64,000 nt of DNA from Nitrospirota bacterium. Its GTDB lineage: Bacteria > Nitrospirota > UBA9217. Positions 63,344 through 64,000 of this stretch are shown piece by piece (position 1 is the stretch's first letter; each line of letters starts with the position of its first letter). The stretch covers positions 9,485-73,484 of the forward strand of contig CAVWIL010000009.1 of the NCBI GenBank assembly GCA_963755045.1, in the 5' to 3' direction. The translations under genes were made by a program, and so were the position numbers. The notes below the pieces were generated by a model. That model saw only the letters and a list, made by a program, of their open reading frames with translations, made no database searches and was not told the DNA's origin.

Positions 63344-64000
63344 TCACCCGATTTGAAAGCACGTCATCGAGATCGAGCCGTATTGAAACCCTTCATAGGT
63401 GAAGAGAAGAGGTTCGTTCTTTTCCTGCAGGGCGATGGCATAGATCATGGGAAGATAATGATCAAGCGTCGGCACGGCAAGGACCGCTGTCTTTCCCATG
63501 TTCGTATAGTGGATCAGGTCCTGGTGGTTTCCCCTGGTCAAGTTTGATTTCACTCGCTCATCGAACTCCACGGCCCAGTCAAATGACTTCGCCGCAATGT
63601 TCATGTAATCGAACATCCCGAGATTGTGAACGATATTTCCGCTCCCAATGATCAGAACACCCCTGCTTCGCAATTCAGACAACCCGGCGGCGAGATCATA
63701 GTGATACTGGAGCGGTTTCGGGTCCCATTCATTAAAAGAATAATCGAGACTCAGCTGGAATACCGGGATATCTGCAGAAGGATACAGGTGTTTCAGGATT
63801 GCCCAGGCACCATGGTCCAATCCCCAGCCATGATCGCATTTCACCGAGTCTTTCGTAACCGCGCCTGTCACAAACGACGCCTCTTCCGGAGCGCCTGGAC
63901 AGTGGTAGGTTGTCTCATACAGCTTTTCAGGAAACCCGTAGAAATCGTAAATGGTCTTTGGCTTCTGCATGCAGCCCACAAAGGTTCCCTTTGTAAGCCA
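63344..64000 (-). CDS. ygiD: 4,5-DOPA extradiol dioxygenase (LigB family), partial
   Basis: TIYDFYGFP, GLDHGAW, GSGNIVHNL, DHYLP; frame runs off the window end. Confidence 0.9.
   Translation of the reverse strand, partial: WLTKGTFVGCMQKPKTIYDFYGFPEKLYETTYHCPGAPEEASFVTGAVTKDSVKCDHGWGLDHGAWAILKHLYPSADIPVFQLSLDYSFNEWDPKPLQYHYDLAAGLSELRSRGVLIIGSGNIVHNLGMFDYMNIAAKSFDWAVEFDERVKSNLTRGNHQDLIHYTNMGKTAVLAVPTLDHYLPMIYAIALQEKNEPLLFTYEGFQYGSISMTCFQIG

Overview
Bacterial chromosomal window, GC-rich in the core genes. Gene order and repeat families suggest a Nitrospirota- or Desulfobacterota-like anaerobe; this is inference. Most of it is housekeeping DNA on the minus strand: smpB, priA, nrdR, glyA, rpiB, rsmE, pcnB, a 2-oxoacid:ferredoxin oxidoreductase pair, corA, the ispE-spoVG-tRNA-Gln-prs-rplY-pth-ychF block, metG, holB, tmk and pabB/trpE. 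Many essential genes carry small indels, which points to long-read consensus error. The notable items are missing from the ORF track: (1) a 20-aa Cys-rich peptide gene with strong RBS and terminator right after a radical SAM/SPASM gene, a candidate RiPP system; (2) a 72-aa Uxx-star-type glutaredoxin-like selenoprotein with two in-frame UGA codons and SECIS-like hairpins; (3) an AT-rich integrase-less cassette array (promoter, attI-like site, attC sites, TIR-domain cassette) between an ECF sigma/anti-sigma pair and a gene with an ECF promoter; (4) a ~310-nt structured non-coding RNA candidate with repeated modules; (5) many palindromic repeats, some enclosing GxxExxY or DUF559 nuclease-fold genes and most empty or nested.
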